A stretch of DNA of 64,000 nt from assembly GCF_009914755.1 (NCBI RefSeq), contig NC_060926.1, one strand, 5' to 3'. The translations under genes and the position numbers were made by a program. A model generated the notes under the pieces. It had not been told where the DNA came from and ran no database searches. It saw nothing but the letters and a program-made list of their open reading frames with translations. Shown here piece after piece: positions 44,935 through 58,900 of this stretch; positions within the stretch are counted from its first letter, which is position 1; each line of letters opens with the position of its first letter. The stretch is from the human T2T-CHM13v2.0 reference genome, Homo sapiens.

Positions 44935-45130
44935 TAGTTCTTTCAGAGTGTGGTCCCTGGATCAGTAGCATCCACTTTACCAGGGAACTTATCAGCCATG
45001 CAAACAATCGGCCCCCCTTCCCAAGCCTACTGAAGTAGAAACTGTTGGGGGTGGTGGTGCTAGGGGCAGCAATATGGATCTTAACAAGACCTTCTAGAGA
45101 CTCCAATGCACACTAGTTTCAAAGTCACTG
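44935..45130. mobile_element. MER5A
   Basis: gtgtggtccctggatcagtagcatc...cctactgaagtagaaact...ttaacaagaccttctag. Confidence 0.85.
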
Positions 45131-47074
45131 TATTGACACAAAGATCTTTTAAATAACAACTATTTCATAGTGCTCCCCTTATTAGCCTAAATTTTATAAA
45201 TGACGTAACTTACCCATATAAATTTTTGAATCAATATAATACCTTAGCTGTGTAATGCCTAAATAAAAGTAGTACAATAAAATAATCTTAATTTCTCTAT
45301 ATTAGCATTCAGGCATGATGACACTTAGAGATTCTGAAGTATTGAAACAATTGAACCAATCACCGTGAGTACAACAGCTACACATGCAGAGAAGGAGGGC
45401 AGTGAAAGATTCTTGACAAAAATATCATGATCACATTACTGATGTGATACAACTGAGTAACTCTGGGAAATTTTAAACTACAAAGAAATACAATCCTCAA
45501 TCTTTTATCAATATGTACAATAGTAGCACTCCTGGAAAATCAGTGTATACTACAACTGCCAAAAAATGTGCGTGTGTGTTTATATGTAAAATCAAATTAG
45601 TCTCTATGCTCCAATTAATATAAACAGGTTCTCTCCTACACAAATGTCTGGTGAGGAATTTAAAATTCTTGCAGGAAAAATACAATCTTTTATATTGCAG
45701 GATGGATAGCATCTCACACACTAAATGCCTGTGGTTAATCATTGGAACAAGCATAAAAACATCCCCCAGCATTTTTAAACATTTCCTAACAGTAAGTATG
45801 AATGCCTTTGAGAACACTGAAAACCAGACAGTCTGGACTGATTAAGTTGGTACACGTTCCCTTTCTTGTTAGGATGCATACACGTTTCCAGGCGAGGTGT
45901 GCTCCATCTCAAGAAACAATTCCACTTTCTTAGTAGAGGAGAAACTTACTGATTCAGACAATATAAGGAATTTTCTGCCCTGCTGGATTCTTTTTGCAAA
46001 ATTTTTATACTCTAAAATATTCCTAAATATTAGCTGGTGGCCTCTTATTTTATTGACCTTGTCATGAAATTACCTGCATATGATATAGTAGGCCATTTTT
46101 CTCAATTATCATATATGTTTATATTAAGCACTTAGTTAAACAGGTAGAAAACTGTAAATAAGCAAGATTTCTTCAGCCATCTGCCTGTAAACAATAAAAT
46201 CTGTGTGTAAACAAAAAAATTAGATAAAAATCTCAGGAAAAGAATTAAGTTTGTAGATGGTAATTAAGCATTCTAGATTCTTCAAGTCAACTTCCAACTC
46301 TGAAAGTCTACAGTTCTATGAAAAGGTCCTTTGGACAGTATAATGCCAAAGTAGATTAATGCTGATGTATGGTTTTGGTAGTGATGATTAGAATAGTGTG
46401 ATGACTGGCAAACCTCAAAATAGAAAGTCTTCATTCTTATGTAAGTAAATTATCTTACAAAAAAGCATGTACAGACAAGCAGTACTTAGCAAAAATAACT
46501 CTAGGAAGTGCTTTAGACTTATATATTGTTTTGATATTGTGTGAAGGACCATTTCTCCACATACAATAACTGGATAAATAACAGCTATGGTAAAGGGGAG
46601 AAATTTAAAATGGTTACAGTAAGAATAGGTTTGGTTTAATGAAGGGATAAATACTGAGCATTAACAATTCATTAGATTCTATTTAAGATGTAGCTTTATT
46701 TATGACTTGTGTTGGGCAAAGTAAAATTTATGCTTAGGTTTAAGCCAAAATTTCTATACATCCTCTATTGATAAGGGAAACACTCCTCTATAAAGCATCA
46801 ATATTAGCAAATGTACATAAAAAATACATGATATTGAGATACATATTTACAACAGTAGTTACAGCAAGTAGCTTGAATGAAAATTTTAGGAGAATGCCAC
46901 TTGTCTTGTCTTGAGATAATGTGTAATAACCATGGTACAATGGGAAACAAACAAACTAAGATCATCAATCAAATATGAGAAGGCTTCCTCAAATCCAACA
47001 CTTTGGGACTAACCCCAATCTGTAACAAGCCTCCCAAGAAAGGCATTCATAATAAAAAAACAAAAAAAGCAATA

Positions 47075-47480
47075 TTTTCATTCCTTATTATCTGAGTTGT
47101 ATTCAGCACATTGTCTGTGGCAGGCACTGCCATGTGCTTTTGAAAAAAAAGAAGTTAACAAAATGTGTAAAGTCCCTGTGTCCATGGAGCTTCCATTCTA
47201 ACTCAGGATGGGAAAAAATCAGTAATAGGTCAGGTACAATAAGAACTGTAGGAATTAACAGGCTATGTGAGGGGGATATAGAGTGACCAGAGTGATATTT
47301 TATAGCTGGTGTTAATTAAATCTTCCCAATAATGCCCTAAAGCAAATAAAGAGGGTTCATTTGAGTGTAATCGAGAAAACTAAAGCTCAGAGATGATTAC
47401 AGGAAGTAGCAGACTCAAGACTAAGTCCCAGCATTCCCAACTCAATCTTATACTCATTTTATTTTATCACCCTGCCTCTG
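47075..47480 (-). mobile_element. L2 fragment followed by a MIR fragment
   Basis: ggcaggcactg...gtccctgtgtccatggagcttccattcta; gagaaaactaaagctcagaga. Confidence 0.6.
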
Positions 47481-48599
47481 ATTGGGAAATTATGCTTATC
47501 TGAAGAGTTCTTAACAAAGCAAAATGTGGGGGAGGTCAAAGCTGTAGGCAACCACTTTTAAAAACACTGGACAGCAAAAACAACTTAAGCCATCATAAAT
47601 TCCCACTAATTAAAATGTTGCTAAGTGCCCTGATAATTACACCGATAACTGTGCCAATCCACTCTTCTAGCCATTTGTGGTCCAGCTTTTCATCTATCAT
47701 ATTCTAAAGATTACTCCTTAAGCTTATCAATATCTTCTCTTGTTCTTTTTTATTCTTACACAATATAGTAAAAGCACTTCACATTAACATAATAAACACA
47801 ATAGCAATCTGTTGCCATAACTCATGAAGTATTTTATGATTTTAATACATTTGGTTTATCACAATTTTTATTCATCTCTAAGATAAATAATACCTATACC
47901 TATTACTGGCTGTTAAATTAATCTCAACAAACAGGTAGAGGGTTCTTGTAAAAGATTAATATTTAGTTAATGAAAATTTGAAGCACCAACATCAAAGACA
48001 GAAGTCCTAATACAAAGCACTAAATGCTTAACATCTTAAGAGAGAAGTTCAGAGAACCTATAAAATCTAAGTTCTCAGAGGAGGGAATGTTATAAGCCTC
48101 CCCCTTGAGAAGGCTCCCTCCAGTGCATATTGAGAGGAAGTTGGACAATAAGAATTTCCTTCAATTCTAACAGCAAGCTTTAAAGTTCTCCCTTTCTTAT
48201 TCTCCTAAATCAAGTTTTATGTTCTGCCTTGAATTCATTAACGCCTGTGTTTATATCTGTCAGGTGAAGCTTGGTCAGAAAAGGAATTTACTAAAAGGAT
48301 ACTGGGTGGTTGCACTCTTAATCCACAAATGATCTCTAACTACTCAATGCCTTCCCATCAGTAACTTCACATTCTGAATCTGCTCAAGAGCATCAGTTGA
48401 CTAAGCCTAGGCCCCTAAAGAAACTCTAGTTGCCAGGAAGTGAAGAAGGAGAGGGAATATCTGGCCACCTTTAGCTTCCATAACAGGAATAACTACCAAC
48501 ATTCAATGAGGAATGCTACAAAGGGGGTAGAATGTGAGCAGCCAAAAAACCCCTAACAAATATCCACTGTAGCATGCACAGTATTTCAGTATTTTTTTC

Positions 48600-49150
48600 T
48601 CAAAACGCTGAGATTCTAGAGAATAGTAATCTTCCCCATTGTGCTTAGCACCATACCTAGCACAAATAGGAGCTCAATAAATACTAAGTTGCTTTTATCA
48701 TATTATTCCACTTTAAACCCTTAAGGTCAAATAATCCACTTCTTAGCCACCTCAATCTCCATTCACTGACAACTGCCAAGTCATCTTTTGTTCTTCCTTC
48801 TTCCTCACTCCTGTTATTTAGTCCATGGCCACAATTGATACTACCTCTTTTAACATCTTGCTCATTCATTCCAATCCCTCTTCCAACCTACCACAAGAGT
48901 GACTTTCCTAAAAATACAAATCTGCATAAAATCCATCAATCCAACTATTGTTATCTTTGTCCCTCAGAGGCAAGAGAATATCTCATACCTTGAAGCCTTC
49001 AGTCACAGGTCCTCTCATTTTCAATACTCCCAGCAGCCTCTTCGGTGACAGGTGCACATTCAACCCTCAAGACAGGTCAAGCCTCACTTCCCCAGTGTTA
49101 CTTCCCATCACCAGTTCGACCTTTCATTCAAAAACAGTAAAAGCCCTCTG
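48600..49150 (+). mobile_element. L2 fragments
   Basis: gcttagcaccatacctagcacaaataggagctcaataaata; ccacaagagtgactttcctaaaatacaaatctg. Confidence 0.6.
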
Positions 49151-49183
49151 ATCCCATGGAATATTGAAACCCATATGTAACAC

Positions 49184-49310
49184 ATTTTTAAGAGATGGGG
49201 TGTCACTATGTTTCCCAGGCTTGCCTCTAACTCCTGGGCTCAAAGAATCCTCCTGCTTCAGCCTCCCAAGTACCTGAGACTAACTACAGATGTGCACCAC
49301 CGCACCCTGA
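49184..49310 (-). mobile_element. FLAM (free left Alu monomer)
   Basis: agagatggggtgtcactatgtttcccaggc...ctcctgggctcaa; flanking repeat aacccatatgtaac/aacctgtatgtaac. Confidence 0.85.
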
Positions 49311-49582
49311 TTGCAACCTGTATGTAACTTTAATATTGCATTTGCCTTGTTTCCTTTGCTCGACTAAAGATGACTTTTCTTTCATGTATGAAACCAGAGT
49401 TCAAGTAGAATTGTTAGTGGACAGAATTGGATTAAGTATGCATAAACAAGAGTAACTAAAAAGAATAGAGCCTCTAATGTTCAACTGTATTTGAACAAAA
49501 GGAATAAGCCATTCTGCTGAATAACTATAACTACAAATTAGAAAATATCAGGTTTTCAATGAGAGAGAATGTTATCATTTTA

Positions 49583-49662
49583 TTAGGTTGGTGCAAAAGT
49601 AATTGTAGTTTTTGTTATTGCTTTTAATGGCAAAAACTGCAATGACTTTTGTACCAACCTAA
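49583..49662. mobile_element. MADE1 (Hsmar1-derived 80-bp MITE)
   Basis: 37-bp inverted arms (ttaggttggtgcaaaagtaattg...) with a 6-nt spacer; TA on the left flank. Confidence 0.95.
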
Positions 49663-50384
49663 GAGTAGCATTCTTATTTAACCCACTCTCCTCCACTTGG
49701 TATTACAAGGAAAACAAAAGGTGGAGGGCTAAGAGGGAAGAGAATTCATGGTCAAATGAACTAAGGAAAAATAAATAAGCTTCTCTACTATTTGCCAAAG
49801 TTTTTAATATACTAAAGTACCCTATGAGTGGTCAGAAGGTGACCTCATATGCAGCATTTCACAGACTTATTTGGCCATGGAATCTTTTTCTCATGAAGTG
49901 TTTGTGAGCCTGGAGTTCTGAGGTGTATTCGTTAGCAAATATTATTCTACAGCATAGAACTATAGGAATCTGAAAGGAATACGAAAAACTAAAGTAAAGT
50001 TCAACCACTTCCACTCTGGCACATATGACTTCATTACATGAAATAATATATTGTACAGCCATTAAAAAAAATTTGAATACTGTCAACTAAATTGTTTCCA
50101 TCGAAAAATTTTAAAAACCTTGGGCCAGGTTATTCATGATAAAGCATGGATGTCTGATCCACCTACACAGTTTTACAACCAGGAATACTGAATCTGCCCT
50201 GCTATTCACTTTGACTCTCCCATCTCTCTCCCATATAAGGTATCCAAGAGTGATAAGCTTGGGAATAATAACCAAATAGGAAACAAAATATCCCATCATT
50301 ATTAGTTGAGCCAGAAACCAATAATCCCTCACCAGCCATATCATAACCCATGATGGAGTGCACAATCTAACCCTCCTACATTCC

Positions 50385-50805
50385 CCTGTAACAGCGTCCT
50401 GTATGTTGCAAGTGACAGAAATAGACCTCAACCTGACTTAAAGAAAGACAGGAAATACGTAGGACCTATAAATGAAGATTCCAGTGCTGGTGCTTTCTTC
50501 AGCTATGGTTTGATTCAGAGTTTCAAATAATCTCATCAAGATTTGTTTCCTCTGCATATCTCAGCTGTCCTTTCCCCTGTCAGTAAGCCTCATCCTCATG
50601 GTGTATCTCATTGGCAGCAAAAAGGTTATTCTCACCTCTTCACACTCACAAATCCAGTAGAAGAAAGATATAAACTAGTTTTTCCCAGAAGCCCCAGAAA
50701 AATTTCTCTTGTGTCTTATAGCTTTGATTGGGTTGCATGCTTATCTGTTAATCCAGCGAGATAGACAATGCTTGCTGGATTAAACCAAGGGGGCTCATTC
50801 TCTTT
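50385..50805 (-). mobile_element. MLT1-type LTR remnant
   Basis: gttgcaagtgacagaaa...gattgggttgcatgcttatctgttaatcca. Confidence 0.6.
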
Positions 50806-50811
50806 AAAAAG

Positions 50812-51081
50812 TATTCTCAGCAAACTATCGCAAGAATAAAAAACCAAACACCTCATAGGTGGGAATTGAACAATGAGAGCACTTGGACACAGGAAGGGGA
50901 ACATCACACACCGGGGCCTGTTGTGGGGTGGGGGGAGCGGGGAGGGAAAGCATTAGGAGATATACCTAATGTAAATGACGAGTTAATGGGTGCAGCACAC
51001 CAACATGGCACATGTATACATATGTAACAAACCTGCACGTTGTGCACATGCACCCTAGAACTTAAAGTATAATAAAAAAAA
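50812..51081 (+). mobile_element. L1PA5-like 3' terminus, followed by (TA)n to ~51160
   Basis: cacaccggggcctgttg...ctaatgtaaatgacgagttaatggg...cacgttgtgcac...ccctagaacttaaagtataataaaa. Confidence 0.9.
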
Positions 51082-51666
51082 GAATAGACATATAAAAAAG
51101 TATATATATATATGTATATCTTATATATATGTGTGTGTATATATATATACATATGTATATCTTAAAAGCAGGACTGAGTTCTGATCAGCACCCTCAAACC
51201 AGACTCTTGGTGTTTAACAGTCTGTTAGGTTTAGGCTTGATTGTGGAGAGGGACAAGTGACAAGGACAGCCACGTTTAGGCTAACCTACTCATTCTGTGC
51301 ATGAAGAAGGGAAAAAAAAGGAACAGAGCATGGGCCCTGCCTTTTAGCATGCAGTGGTTCTCAACAATTTTCTTAGATATTGACTAGTCAAATTAACATA
51401 CTTCCACCTTAAGAGAAGGATAAGGGAAAAAAAAGGGTGTAAGCAGGGAGCCCTAGAGGCAGTACTGCAGTGAGAGGGGACACATATGTCCCCTCCCCAA
51501 CAAGAAATGCTAGGATTATTTTTCCCTACTGATTTTTTAAAAATTCAGAATAAAAATATCAAAACCTTGAAACTTTTTTTTATTTTTTGAAATTTTAAAA
51601 TAAAAGTAAAAAGGGATGATGTTATTCACAATCTGTTTTATGAGTTTTAAGGTCAAATGCTAATTA

Positions 51667-52059
<393 letters not shown>

Positions 52060-52975
52060 TTTAAGGGTCTCAATGTATCTGAAAATATTAGTTAATTAAA
52101 AAAACAAATATGTATTGCAAAGTTAGACTCTCACCCCCTGGAATGCTACAGTATTCACAGCACAACAAATATACTACACACGTTATCCCTCGGCCTTCAA
52201 CCCTTAGATTTAGAAAGCAAGCCCACTCTGATTTAAACTCCTTTGTGTGAAAGAAGAGAATATTTATGCTGCATTGTACTTCAACTAGAAAAGAAATCAC
52301 CTGCTGCAATTTTGATAGCCTCAAACAAGAATGGTTACCGTAAGAAAAGAGTTGTGGAAGACATACTTTTATTTTCTTCTGTCAAGAAGAGCAGGAACAA
52401 TTCAAGATCTTTCCACTCACATATGGCTCTACGAGAGGAAGAACAAGTACATTTTGCAAGGCAAAAATTTTATGTTTTGTTAATATTGATTAACAAATCT
52501 ATAAAAGATAATTGGTGTCCAAGTCCCTGTAAGGTTAAAATAATATGCAAAATATGTACCACTTATTACAAATTCAGAGTTAATTTTCAAAATCATAGAC
52601 AAGTACAAGCTGTGGAAAAGCATAAGCATGAAATCAGATTCACCCAGGGCTGCCAAAGAACACTTCTAGGAGCCCATGGTAACAGAATTATCTCCTGGCA
52701 AAGAAACTTCTGGCAAGGATATGAAGCTGGTAATGACGAGGGAAGAACTGCTTCTATGCCAGCCCCACTTCTCACTCTATCTGTTAGATAAGTGAATGGG
52801 TATTCAGAGCCACAGTGATGGCTATGCTACTCTATGAAAGCTCTCTCCCCCATCCTGACCTGGTCACCTATACCAAGCCATGCCAAGAATCTAGAACTCC
52901 CAAAATTTTCTATGTTTTCTTTAGGCTACTGATATCATGGAGATTCTACAATTGTTCACCCGAAATTCTGAGTAG

Positions 52976-53235
52976 TGTTAATGAAAAAATTATTCAATGA
53001 CACGTGTTAAAGCATGGTAAGAAAGACTTTACTTAGGACCATTGTGACAGGCATAGGGACCACTGCAACAGGGTCTTGCAGTGGGGTATAAGGCAAATAC
53101 CCTATTCCAAACTCCAAAAACAGCAGCGATGAGTGAAAATTTACAGCCAAAAAGCAGAGTGCAGGTCAATACATGAGAAACTAGTAAAAAGGAAATATTA
53201 GGGGTAAGGAGAATTCTGCTTAAACTGACCAAATA
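52976..53235 (-). mobile_element. MER31-like ERV1 LTR fragment
   Basis: tgttaatgaaaaaattattcaatgacacgtgttaaag...gggaccactgcaac. Confidence 0.6.
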
Positions 53236-53321
53236 CCTCTCAGTAGGAGTTTTGGCCACCCTATCTAAAATAGACTATGCATCAACCTCTTATTTCTATT
53301 CTATAGCTGATTTATTTTCTT

Positions 53322-53610
53322 TGTCAAAGAAAAACCAGAGCTGGATAGTAGTTAACATGGTAAAAAAAATAATAATAATAACAGATTTAATTTATGACAA
53401 TTGCAGTAGAGAGAAAAGAAACATCAATAAAGAATCAGGCTCAATTCTGAATACAGCATAGGCAAGTGGGAATTCATAGCCAAGGATCAGGGTCAGGGTG
53501 GTCAGTGAATAGAAAATCACTGAAGGGAAACATCAGCAGTAAGGAGGGATTCTGGCTAAACCAACCTAATAGGAATCTTGCTCAAGTCAGACCAGGGTGC
53601 TGAGACCACC
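53322..53610 (-). mobile_element. MER67-like ERV1 LTR fragment
   Basis: tgtcaaagaaaaaccagagctgga...gggaattcatagccaagga...gattctggctaaacc. Confidence 0.55.
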
Positions 53611-55821
53611 AGAACGAAAGCACCATTGTGCACAGACCCTTTAGCTTTTTTCATCGCTGTATGCCTCACGCTAAGCAGAATTACTGATACATGATGAACA
53701 CTCAATCAATGTTTTTGAATGAATATTTAATTGAAGAGTGAGACTTAAAGACTATTAAAAAATATTAACTGTATGTTAAAATACAACAATATTAAAAGTA
53801 TGTTTTTCTACCTCTATTTTGTTAATTTGACATTGCCTCAGTTTTTTTAATTTGACTTAATCCTTTACAATTATAAAAAATAAACTGTGATGGCTAGCGA
53901 AAGGAACAGTGCCTTTATTTCATAAGGACTGCAGTAATAATAATTTAATGGGAGATGACAATTTTGAACTACCAAATATTTAAAATCTAACCTAAAGTTT
54001 ACTTTTCAAATCACAGTGGAATAACTAGCTTTGCTTTCATCCAATAATATTGTAAATGTCTATGCCTAAGAATTTTTACAATTTTCCTTTCCAAACATGC
54101 ATACAAAAGAATTGGAATTTGAGAACCTCTGCTTACTTTGATTCAAAAAACAGTTCAGAGCAGTGTCTCAAAAAAATTTTAATTTTTTTTTTAAATCTGA
54201 TACATTCAATCAATTATATTGATACATTCAATTAAGAGTTGTAGAATTCCTAATGAACCACAGGAATTAAAAATTTTTTTAAGTAGAAAATAAGATACTC
54301 TTTGGTTTAGAAAGCATTTATTTTCTTTATTCTGTCCTTTGGCAAGTATAATGTTTGAGAGTAGCACTATCTAAATTACTCCATAAAATATTAACCTTAA
54401 AATATGTTTGATGCAGTTTAAAGCAATAATTTTTGTCCAGTAGACACAAATATTTACTGACTTCACGTCTGCTGAATTTAGTTATCCACAGACAAACATG
54501 GAAGATATTTCTTAATATCCCCCAAATCACGATTATTACTTCATCTTTTAAACATAACTATTCAGAATCAATTTTTTCTAAAAGCCTTAATAAAATTTTG
54601 ACATATCCATTTTGATGATGAGAACATGTCAATTCATTAAATAAACAGTTTACTTTTGTGGCCCCAGTGTCTAGAGTGATGCCGGAAAAGAGTAGTATTC
54701 AAAAAATATTTGTAAAAATAAATAAAATTACATAAATATTTACTATACCAAACAATGATACAATTTAGGGTAATATAAGTAAAGAATTTTAAGGTGTTGC
54801 CTACACTTTTGTGTGTGTGTGTGTGTAACCTGCCAGTTCTTTATTCCTAAGGTCTTGAATGTGTTTGTCACTTGTTTTCTTCATAATGTCTTTAAATGCA
54901 TACGTTTCTCTTTGTCTCACAACCCCTGAACTAACCTGAATACCTCAGTCCTCTTTACTCTTGTACTTACCACAAGTTTCATCTTCTATCCTACTATTTA
55001 AAGATATTGAGTTTATCTTTCCCAGACCACATTTTCTTCCTAAGAGTTACCTTCCCAGGAACCTAAAAGGCATCCTATTTCTCATCAGACTAAAATCAAA
55101 CTCTTAGAGCTAGGAAAGAAAAACCCTACATTTGTCTTCTTTTCTCATTCTCTTAAATAAAATGTTTGTCATTGATAACTTCTGCCACCTCTCTGGGCTT
55201 TAGTTCTCCTAGAAAATGTAGAGAAACTAGAAATTGGGGAAATTGAGGAGTGGGATGGTCCTACAAATGTGAAGGTATAGTAACATAAGTCCACGAAGTA
55301 TGTTGGCAAAATAGTAAACCATCTCACCTGGAGAGGTGAGGATGGAAACAGTGAAATAGAACATTGGAAAGTTGGGAAGACCAGAGAGAAGAGGATTTAG
55401 AATACTAGACAGAGAGCTATGTACACTGGTCTATAAACAGTAAGATCTTCAAAGAAGGGGTGTTACTCGTATTCATCACTCCATTCTCAGGAGTGGGGGC
55501 TCTTGACTGAAGCATCCAAAAAGAGCACACAAATGGATCATTATACAGGAGGTGGAAGTGTTGGTTAGAGTTGTGAAGTAAACCAAAGTTCTATTCTTCT
55601 TCCTAACTAGTGCCTTCTTTCTTCTCAAGGGAATCCTTATTTTTGAAAAGGCAACAGGGCATGGACACAGTTTAGCTGAATAGAAGCCTAGAGAAAAATC
55701 AACTCTGCTCTTCCCATACGGGTATACTAAGAGGAGCTCTTAAGATTTGTCTTTTGAGCTGCTAGGCTCACCAGACTAAAAAGGCAGCTAGAGATTAAAG
55801 TGTATGCATAGCTTATATCTT

Positions 55822-55958
55822 GGGAAGGAGAAAGAAAGAAAAGGAAGGGATAAAGGAAAAGAAAAGATGGAAAGAAATAACGAAGAAAAAAAGAAGAATG
55901 AAAGAAGGGAGGGAGAGAGGAAGGGAGGGGAGGAAGAGAAAGAGGGAGAGAGGAAAGA
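55822..55958. repeat. Long purine-rich tract
   Basis: Almost exclusively A and G over about 135 nt. Confidence 0.85.
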
Positions 55959-58900
55959 AAATTACCAATATCAGGAATGAAAGAGACCACCTCACTACAG
56001 ATTTTATGGACAGTAAAAGGAAAATAAGGAAATTGCAGGATATGAAGAAGATATTACAAACAACTTTGTGCCAATAAATTTTGCACCTAAATGAAAGGGG
56101 AAATTCCTAAATATCACATGAAGAACATTTTTAAAAATTGAGTAGTTTTATATTAAATTTAAAAATTTCAGTTTGTAATTAAAACCTTCCCAAAAGGAAA
56201 ACATTGGACCCAGATAGCTTCAATGGGGAATTATATTAAACATTTCAGGAAAAAATAGTAACTATCATCCAGAAACTCTTTCAGAGAGTAGAGTATTAGA
56301 AAAAACTTCCCAATTTATTTTATTAAGCCAGAATTATCCTGATTCCAAATCCAAACAAAGATAACACAAGAGAACTGCAGACCAATATCACTTGAAAACA
56401 GAGACTAAAACTGTAAAAATAAATTAGCAAATCAAATTGAGCATTATGTAAAAAGGATTATATATCATTACCAAAGAGATGTTTGTCCTAGGAATGTAAG
56501 ATTTATTTAACATCTGAAAATTAATCAATGTAATTAGCCATATTACTTGAACAAAGAGAGAAAACCATAGATAGGCATACCTCAGAAACATTGCAGGTTC
56601 AGTTCCAGTCTACCACAATAAAGCTAACATAATAAAATGAGTTACACAGATTTTCTGGTTTTGCACTATGTATAAAAGTTATGTTTACACTCTACAGTAA
56701 TTTATTAAGTGTGAAATAACATTATGCCTAAAAAACAACATAGATACCTTAATTTAAAAATTCTTTATTGCTAAAACATACTAACGATTATCTGAGTCTT
56801 CAGAATCATACTCTTTTTCCTGGTAGAGAATCTTTCTTCAGTGTGATGGTTGCTGAGTGATCAGGACGGTGGTTGCTGAAAGTTGGGGTGGTTGTGGCAA
56901 TTTCATAAAATAAGACAAGAATGAAGTTTGCTGCATCAATGGACTCCTCTTTTCACAAAAGGTATCTCCGTAGCATGTGATGCTGTTTGATAGCATTTGA
57001 CTGACAGTAGAACTTCTTTTGAAATTGAAGTCAATCCTCTCAAACTCTGCCATTGCTTTCTTAACTAAGTTTATGTACAAGTTTATATCTGTTATTGTCA
57101 TTTCAACAATGTTCATAGCATCTTCACCAGAAGTAGATTCCATCTCAATAAACCATTTCCTTTGCTCATCCATAAAAAGCAACTCCACATCCATTGAAAT
57201 ATTATTACAAGATTGAAGTAATTTGGCCACATCTTCAGGCTCTATTTTTAATTCTAGTTCTCTTGCTATTTTCACCACATCTGCAGTCACTTTCTCCACT
57301 AATGTCTTAAACCCCTCAAAGTCATCCATGAGTGCTGGAGTCAACTTCTGAACTCCTTATGTTAATGTTGATATTTTGGCCTCCTCCCATGAAACACAAA
57401 TGTTCTTAATGGGATTTGGAATAGCAAATCCTATCCAGAAGGTTTTCAATTTACTTTGCTCAGATCCATCAGAAGAATCACTATCTGTGGCAACTATAGC
57501 CTCATGAAATGTATTTCTTAAATAATAAGACTTGAAAGTCAAAATTACTCCTTGGTCCATGGCTTCAGAATGGATGTTGTATGAGCAGGCATGAAAACAG
57601 CATTAATCTCCTTTTACATCACTAGCAGAGCTCCTGGGTGACCAGATGCATTGTTAATGAGCAGTAATATTTTGAAATGAATCCTTTTCTCTGAGCAGTA
57701 GGTCTTAACAGTGGGCTGAAAATTTTCAGTAAACCTTGCTGTAAACAGATGTACTGTTATCCAGCTTCATTGTTGCATTTCTAGAATAGAGGCAGAGTAG
57801 ATGTAGCAAAATTCTTCAGTGCTCTGGGATTTTCAGAATGGTAAATGAGCACTGGCTCTAACTTAAAGTCACCACCTTCATCAGCTCCTGACAGGGGAGT
57901 TACCCAGGCTTTTGAAGCTTTGAAGTCAGGCATTGACTTTTCTTCTCTAGCTATGAAAGTCCTAGATGGCATCTTCTTCCAATAGAAATCTGTGTCATCT
58001 ACACTGAAAATCTGTTGTTTAGTGTAGCTACCTTCATCAATAATCTTAGCCAGATCTTCTGGAAAACTTGCTGCAGCTTCTCCATCAGCATTTGCTGCTT
58101 CATCTTGCACTTTTATGTTAGGAAGACAGCTTCTTTCCTTAAACCTCATGAACCAGCCTCTGCTAGCTTCAGACTTTTCTTCTCCAGCTTCCTCACCTCT
58201 CTCAGCCTTCATAGAATTGAAGAGGATTAGGGCCTTGCTCCGAATTAGGCTTTGGCTAAAGGGAAAGTTGTGGCTGGTTTGATCAACTATCCAGACCACT
58301 AAAACTTTCTCCATATCAGCAATAAGTCTGTTTGGCTTCCTTATAATTCATATGTTCACTAGGATAGCACTTTTAATTTTCATCAATACTTTTCCTTTGT
58401 GTTTACAACTTGGCTTACTCTTTGGTGCAAGAGGCCAAGCTTTCAGCCTATCTCGGCTTTCACTGTGCCTTCTTCACTAAACTTCATCATTTCTAGCTTT
58501 TGATTTAAAGTGAGAAACATGCAACTCTTTCTTTCACTTGAACATTTAGAGGCCTTAGAGGCCATAGAGGTCATTGAAAGGTTACTAATTGGTCTAATTT
58601 CAATATTGTTTCAGGGAACAGGGAGGCTAAGGAGAGGAAGAGAGAGAGAGGGAATAGCTGGCCAGTAGGAGCAATCAGAACACATGTAACATTTAAGTTC
58701 TCTGTCTTATTTACATGTGGTTGGTGCCCCACAACAATTGCAATAGTAACAACAAAGATCATTGATCACAGATCACCACAATAAATATAATAATAATGGA
58801 AAAGTTTGAAATAGTGCAAGAATTATCAGAATGTGAGAAAGATATTAAGTGAAAACACGCTGTTAGAAAAATGGCACTGGTAGACTTGGTCAACAGAGGG

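Noticed and set aside
54198-54234. 13-bp direct repeat tgatacattcaat with a short spacer
   Set aside because: Only two copies; a small local duplication, not a CRISPR-like array.
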